Of a stretch of DNA of 38,796 bases, positions 34,154 to 38,796 are shown piece after piece; the first letter of the stretch is position 1, and every line of letters begins with the position of its first letter. Location: NCBI GenBank assembly GCA_964012435.1, contig CAXGSM010000013.1, positions 1 through 38,796 of the forward strand, written 5' to 3'. The stretch comes from an uncultured bacterium (GTDB lineage: Bacteria > UBP7 > UBA6624). The notes below the pieces were generated by a model, which saw only the letters and a list, made by a program, of their open reading frames with translations, was not told where the DNA came from and did not search any database. The position numbers and the translations under genes are program-made.

Positions 34154-35134
34154 TTATAAATTGTAGATTAAAGAATCAATTATTATCCAAGGATTAATAT
34201 CTGAAGTCTTTAAATCAAGGTCTGCTTTTGTTAAAAATTGAAATCCATGTATTATTTTTTTTTCAGGTATCTTTTTGGCTCTTGCAACTAATATTTTTGC
34301 TTTCCAGGCCATTGTTGGACCCAAGTCTTTTTTTAAAAAGTCATTATTCCCATTTTTCGCTATTGCTAATCTTTTCCACTCTTGAACCATCCAACCCAAA
34401 ATTTTTATAGGCTCTTCACCTGATTTTTTTAAGTCCATAATTAGATTTTTTGACTCTAGAGTTTTTTTATCTATTATCAAGTCTATAATTTTAAAAACGG
34501 TTGACTGGTTGTTTCTTGGAAGAAATTTAACCATTTCATCTTTTATATGTTTTGTTTCATGGGCAAGCATTTTTAAAGTTTGGACACTTTGATCTATTGA
34601 TGATATTTCATTTCCCGATTGATTAATTATTTTTTTTGCAATAGTTGTTGAAAATTTATATTGTGTTGACAACAAAAGGTCTTTAGTATATTGTTCCATG
34701 TCTGGTTGGTTTTTGAAGTTTCTTGGAATTTCTTCAAGAAATATTTTTATATTTTTGTTTTGGATAGAGTTTAAAAAGTTTGTTATTTTTTTACGTATGT
34801 TTGAATTGTTTTCATAATTTTCTTCCTCTTCCGATATAACCCAAAATCCTTCAGGTTTATTTTCCAGAAGTATATTGAGTTTATTTTTCAGGCCGGCATT
34901 TCCTTTCTTGTTTACAGCATTAATTATTTTTGTAAAATGTGTTGTTTCAACCCAAGCTCCTGGGCCAAACATGGATGATTGATTTAATACTGTTTTTAAG
35001 GATGAAAATGAATCTTGAATAATATCTTCAGCTTTAAAATTTTTCAAATCATTTTTTTTGATTTTGTTTAAAGATCTAAGCTTTTGTTTTTTTTTATTTA
35101 TCAACCAATGGTTGCCCAAAAGTATGTATATCAT
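34154..35134 (-). CDS. holA: DNA polymerase III subunit delta (divergent)
   Basis: N-terminal IYILLG, SMFG, TVFKIIDLI, GEEPIKILGWM and LTKADLDLKTS; 326 aa fits HolA. Confidence 0.75.
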   Translation of the reverse strand: MIYILLGNHWLINKKKQKLRSLNKIKKNDLKNFKAEDIIQDSFSSLKTVLNQSSMFGPGAWVETTHFTKIINAVNKKGNAGLKNKLNILLENKPEGFWVISEEEENYENNSNIRKKITNFLNSIQNKNIKIFLEEIPRNFKNQPDMEQYTKDLLLSTQYKFSTTIAKKIINQSGNEISSIDQSVQTLKMLAHETKHIKDEMVKFLPRNNQSTVFKIIDLIIDKKTLESKNLIMDLKKSGEEPIKILGWMVQEWKRLAIAKNGNNDFLKKDLGPTMAWKAKILVARAKKIPEKKIIHGFQFLTKADLDLKTSDINPWIIIDSLIYNL

Positions 35135-36375
35135 TTGATGTTTACTGCAATATCAGTTCTGAAGGAAGTGCCTTCAGCTTTTATTTTATTTATTTTTTCA
35201 TATGCAATACTTTTGGCTTCATTTAAATTTTTACCTATACCGGTTACGTTAAATATTCTTCCACCATTTGAAACTAATTTGCCATTTTGTTTTTTTGTTC
35301 CCGCATGAAAAACTAAAGCATTTCCTGGCTCTGGCTCTCCAGGTAAACCCGGATCAATAAGTGTAATATTTTCAGTTGTTTTTTCTGGATATCCATTATC
35401 TGCTAAAACAACAGTTAACGCAGTTTTGTCAATGCTTTTTATATCATGTTTGATTTTTTCATTTTTTGCAATTTTCAAAAAATGTTCTGCAGGATCACCA
35501 TCAATAAGAGGTATCAAAACTTGTGTTTCAGGGTCTCCAAATCTGACATTGTATTCTAGTAATTTTGGACCATTTGCTGTCAGCATCATTCCTAAATAAA
35601 GAACACCACGATAATCTATACCGTCCCTCTCTAAGCCATTGATGGAGTTTTTAATCAGTGGATGAACCAGCTTTAAAAGTAATTCACTTTTTGGATTATT
35701 CATATCTTCAACTGGAGCATAAGCACCCATTCCACCTGTATTTGGACCTTTGTCATAATTAAAACGTCGCTTGTGGTCCCTTGAAAAATGAAGAATTTTT
35801 GGACTTGAGTTTCCATTAACCAAAACATGGACAGATAGTTCTGGACCAATCATCCATTCTTCAATAACTACGGTATTGCCTGCTTTTCCAAGCATACTTT
35901 TCTCCATCAGATTGATTAATATTTTTTTTGCAATTGTTTTGTTTTCCGCTGGGAAAGCCCCTTTTCCACCTGCAAGACCATCAGCTTTTATAAACCAAGG
36001 GCCATTTGTTTTTTCAACATGTTGTAAAGCTTCATTCAAGTCTGAAAAAGTTATATTTTCCGGTGATGCAACTTTGTGTTTTTTACAAAAATTTCTTGCG
36101 AAAGATTTGCTGCCCTCAAGTAAGGCTCCATTTTTATTTGGTCCAAATACAGGAATTCCTTTAGACCTTATCGTGTCTGCAAGGCCATCTGCTAACGGTT
36201 GCTCAGGACCTATGACCACCAGATCAAATGAATTATCCTGTATTTCTGGATCAAATTGGCTTAAATGAGATGTGCCTCCATTACCTGGGGACACTAAAAC
36301 TTTATGATTAAATCTTTCGAACGCCCAAGCTAAGGTATGCTCTCTGCCCCCACTTCCTATAACGCCTATTCTCAT
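35131..36375 (-). CDS. purD: Phosphoribosylamine--glycine ligase
   Basis: VIGSGGREHTLAW, PGNGG, VIGPEQPL, LEGSKSFA, KADGLAGGKG, DHKR...GPNTGGMGAY, EYNVRFGDPETQ and FHAGT. Confidence 0.97.
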   Translation of the reverse strand: MRIGVIGSGGREHTLAWAFERFNHKVLVSPGNGGTSHLSQFDPEIQDNSFDLVVIGPEQPLADGLADTIRSKGIPVFGPNKNGALLEGSKSFARNFCKKHKVASPENITFSDLNEALQHVEKTNGPWFIKADGLAGGKGAFPAENKTIAKKILINLMEKSMLGKAGNTVVIEEWMIGPELSVHVLVNGNSSPKILHFSRDHKRRFNYDKGPNTGGMGAYAPVEDMNNPKSELLLKLVHPLIKNSINGLERDGIDYRGVLYLGMMLTANGPKLLEYNVRFGDPETQVLIPLIDGDPAEHFLKIAKNEKIKHDIKSIDKTALTVVLADNGYPEKTTENITLIDPGLPGEPEPGNALVFHAGTKKQNGKLVSNGGRIFNVTGIGKNLNEAKSIAYEKINKIKAEGTSFRTDIAVNIK

Positions 36376-37970
36376 ATGTTATATTGCTTTTCTCCTGCCT
36401 TCTTTGACCATTCTTGTTCTTGCATGAATTGTGATGCTTTTAAGAAAACCATATCTATCTTTCCAGTTCTGCCATGCCTGTTTTTTTCAACCATTAATGA
36501 AACAGGAGCGAAACCTTTTTCTAGATTGTGTCTTTTTTCTATGATTTCAGATTTTGTCATGTTGTCATCTCCCATTTGCCTTTTTCTGTACTGGTCATAT
36601 ATAAAGATAACACTATCTGCGTCTTGTTCAATCGATCCTGATTCTCTTAAATCTGACAACCTAGGTCTAGGGTCAACATCAAAAGATTTCCCACTAACTG
36701 TTATTGTTCCTTTTTCCCTTGAGTCAATACCTCTTGATAATTGAGAAATGGCTATAACAGGACAATCTAAATCCTTAGCTAATATTTTTAAGGATCTTGA
36801 AATGGATGTTATTTCATCATATCTATTTACGTATTTTTGTCCGCTACCTAAAAGTTGTAAATAATCTACAACAACAAGACCAAGCTTACCTTTTTCTCTT
36901 GTTAATCTTTTGCACTGTATCTTTATATCGCCTACTGTTAGATTTGGACTGTCGGAAATGTGCAGTTGGTGCTCTCTGTCACTAAATCTATTTGTTGCAA
37001 GAAGGGTAGCTATTCTTATTTGTTCTTGTTCTATCAGTTTGGAATTATTGAATATTTTTAGTTTATTTTTGAATTTTTTTTGTGCTTGTTCTATTGCATC
37101 CAGGGTTAAAGTACCTGCACTATGCACCATATAAGCTTTGCGAACCGCTGCTTCAGATTCGTATATTTCTGGAGATTCAACTTTGAATCGTGGATCAAGG
37201 CCTCTCTTTGTGCCTTCACTAGCCAAAATCCTAGTTAAAAGTTGTTTTTTATCCATCTCTAATGAAAAAAATGCAACAGGAAGCATTGACTTAAATGCAA
37301 CTTGAAAAGCAATATTTAAAGCAAGTGTTGTTTTTCCTTCACCAGGTCTTGAAGCTAATATTATTAAATTATTCCTTCTCAAGCCACCTAGAATTTCGTT
37401 AAACTTGCTGTAATCACACAAAATCTCCTCCTCTTCTTCTTTAGGGTCTTGAATCCCTCGAATAAAGTCATGAAGGTCATTTCTTAGAAGAGATATGCTG
37501 GTTGGAAATTTGATTGTTTCGTTATTCGTAATTCTTTCTTCAAAACTGTTAAATAGATCAGCTATATTCTTGCTTTCATCATGCGCTTCTTGAACTGTTT
37601 CTTTTGCTATGTTTGCAATTTGTCTTCTTAGATAAAGGTCTCTTAGAGTTTTTAGCCCATGTTCTACACGGCTTTGTATAGGTGTTTCCTCTAGTATTTG
37701 TAAAAGGTAGTTTTCATTACCAATTTTTTCTAATTTTTTTTCTTCTCTTAATTTTTTTGTTAATGAAAGTAGATCAATTTCAACACCCTCTGATTCGAGT
37801 GCTTCTATTGATTTAAATATCTCTTGATGTGAATATTCAAAAAACCATTCAGGCTTGGGAATCAAGCCTACATCCTCTACAAGAATTCTTTTTCCAGATA
37901 TGTAAGTTGCAAGAATGTATTTTTCAGCTAATTCATCATACAGGATTGATTTTTTGCTACCCTTGCTCAA
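36372..37970 (-). CDS. dnaB: Replicative DNA helicase with lineage-specific insertions
   Basis: LIILASRPGEGKT (Walker A), FFSLEMD, VVVDYLQL, ISRSLKILAKDL, ISQLSR, RPRLSDLRESGSIEQDAD and KNRHG; follows rplI. Confidence 0.96.
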   Translation of the reverse strand: MSKGSKKSILYDELAEKYILATYISGKRILVEDVGLIPKPEWFFEYSHQEIFKSIEALESEGVEIDLLSLTKKLREEKKLEKIGNENYLLQILEETPIQSRVEHGLKTLRDLYLRRQIANIAKETVQEAHDESKNIADLFNSFEERITNNETIKFPTSISLLRNDLHDFIRGIQDPKEEEEEILCDYSKFNEILGGLRRNNLIILASRPGEGKTTLALNIAFQVAFKSMLPVAFFSLEMDKKQLLTRILASEGTKRGLDPRFKVESPEIYESEAAVRKAYMVHSAGTLTLDAIEQAQKKFKNKLKIFNNSKLIEQEQIRIATLLATNRFSDREHQLHISDSPNLTVGDIKIQCKRLTREKGKLGLVVVDYLQLLGSGQKYVNRYDEITSISRSLKILAKDLDCPVIAISQLSRGIDSREKGTITVSGKSFDVDPRPRLSDLRESGSIEQDADSVIFIYDQYRKRQMGDDNMTKSEIIEKRHNLEKGFAPVSLMVEKNRHGRTGKIDMVFLKASQFMQEQEWSKKAGEKQYNI

Positions 37971-38409
37971 TGATCTCTACCGATATTTCAAAACTTTCTT
38001 GATTTGGTATGTTGATTTCAATTTTGTACTTTCCAAGATTTTTGATTTCCTCTTTCATGCATATGTAATCTTTTGGAATATTTATTTTTTTTGAATCCAA
38101 TATAGATTTGCAAATTGTTTTTTTATTAACTGATCCAAAAAGTTTACCTTTAGGCCCAGATTTTGCCATTATTTTGACAGTTTTAACCTTTTTAATTTTT
38201 GTATAAAGATCTTTTATAGCTTTTTTCTTTTCTTCCTGGTTTTTTAGCAATTTTTCAGCCAAATTTTTCAATTGACCAATTTTTTCATTGGTTGCTCTTG
38301 TTGCTAGGTTTTTTGGAAACAGATAGTTGAGCGCAAAGCCATCAGATACATTTTTCAATTCACCAGTTTCACCTACGCCTGTAACTGATTCAAGTAATAT
38401 AACCTTCAT
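37957..38409 (-). CDS. rplI: 50S ribosomal protein L9
   Basis: MKVILLESV.GVG..GELKNVSDGFALNYLFPKNLA, GKLFGSV and IKNLGKY. Confidence 0.96.
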   Translation of the reverse strand: MKVILLESVTGVGETGELKNVSDGFALNYLFPKNLATRATNEKIGQLKNLAEKLLKNQEEKKKAIKDLYTKIKKVKTVKIMAKSGPKGKLFGSVNKKTICKSILDSKKINIPKDYICMKEEIKNLGKYKIEINIPNQESFEISVEIIEQG

Positions 38410-38714
38410 CTTCTATACCCCACATTCAATCCGTATTCATCATGATGTTGGTAATAAGGCAATATAGCCATCTCGCGAGCACGTTTGATTGTTTTCACGA
38501 CAAGAGCATGATCCCTTCTTGATAATCTTGTTTGTTTTCTTGGCTTTATGGACCATTTTTGATTAAGAAATGGTTTTAAAGTCGCTAAGTTTTTATAATC
38601 CAAAGATTCATTTAGTTTGAAGTAACTTTTCTTTCTAAAAGATCTTAAAGATTTCTTTTTTTCTCTCTCTTTTTTCTTTTTTAACTCTCTTAAAGGATGT
38701 GTAATTCTAGGCAT
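38406..38714 (-). CDS. rpsR: 30S ribosomal protein S18 (Cys-free, divergent, with extended termini)
   Basis: LDYKNLATLKPFL...IKPRKQT...IKRAREMAILPY; position before rplI; SD AAGGAG at 38723-38728 on the minus strand. Confidence 0.9.
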   Translation of the reverse strand: MPRITHPLRELKKKKEREKKKSLRSFRKKSYFKLNESLDYKNLATLKPFLNQKWSIKPRKQTRLSRRDHALVVKTIKRAREMAILPYYQHHDEYGLNVGYRR

Positions 38715-38716
38715 TT

Positions 38717-38796
38717 TTATTTCTCCTTAGAGCCAGTTTTTTTGGCTTCTTTCTTTGGTGCTTCAGCCTTGGCTTCTTTCTTTGGTGCTTCAGCCT
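38717..38796 (-). CDS. C-terminal tail of an upstream gene cut by the window edge, probably ribosomal protein S6
   Basis: The minus strand reads ...AEAPKKEAKAEAPKKEAKKTGSKEK*, with the stop 2 nt before the rpsR ATG. Identity is inferred only from the common rpsF-rpsR-rplI-dnaB synteny. Confidence 0.6.
   Translation of the reverse strand, partial: AEAPKKEAKAEAPKKEAKKTGSKEK
38742..38796 (-). repeat. Perfect 27-bp tandem repeat encoding AEAPKKEAK, at least 2 copies, running off the window
   Basis: TTGGCTTCTTTCTTTGGTGCTTCAGCC at 38742-38768 and 38769-38795. Confidence 0.95.

Noticed and set aside
36980..37215. DnaB insertion as an intein
   Set aside because: It is too short and lacks the N-terminal Cys/Ser block, the C-terminal His-Asn and any LAGLIDADG motif.
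1..38796. CRISPR array, tRNA/rRNA, IS elements, prophage or defence genes; other short antisense ORFs in the track
   Set aside because: All tandem repeats are in-frame coding repeats without spacers. The intergenic gaps are too short or show no cloverleaf, and I recognised no transposase, integrase or phage motifs. The remaining short ORFs lie within well-supported genes and have no recognisable motifs.

Overview
This is a gene-dense, AT-rich bacterial chromosome segment from a probable diderm (waaA, a secretin and a C-terminal-Phe outer-membrane protein are present), with intergenic gaps mostly under 10 bp. It opens inside a divergent type IV pilus-like assembly cluster in non-canonical order: secretin (5'-truncated), pilM, pilN, pilO, two unannotated single-TM microproteins, then a pilP-like gene. 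The secretin, PilN-, PilO- and PilP-like proteins carry Gly-rich low-complexity segments. Next come an orphan, enlarged nuoN, an O-antigen-ligase-family gene, gdhA, waaA and pyrE (minus strand). A 1092-aa putative large beta-barrel protein then leads a run of a stand-alone GlmU acetyltransferase domain, trmL, a CCA-family nucleotidyltransferase, an M50 protease and trpS. After a terminator, a 2680-aa repetitive beta-helix lipoprotein leads a tightly coupled run of a stand-alone lipoyl domain, serS, an archaeal-type alanine dehydrogenase and ltaE. The right end is a minus-strand housekeeping operon: probable rpsF tail, rpsR, rplI, dnaB, purD, holA, asnS and trhO. I saw no tRNA, rRNA, CRISPR array or mobile element. 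The most interesting candidates are the FG-repeat secretin/pilus system with its microproteins, the large barrel with a SprA-like motif, and the giant lipoprotein. All family calls come from motif recognition by eye; no searches were run.
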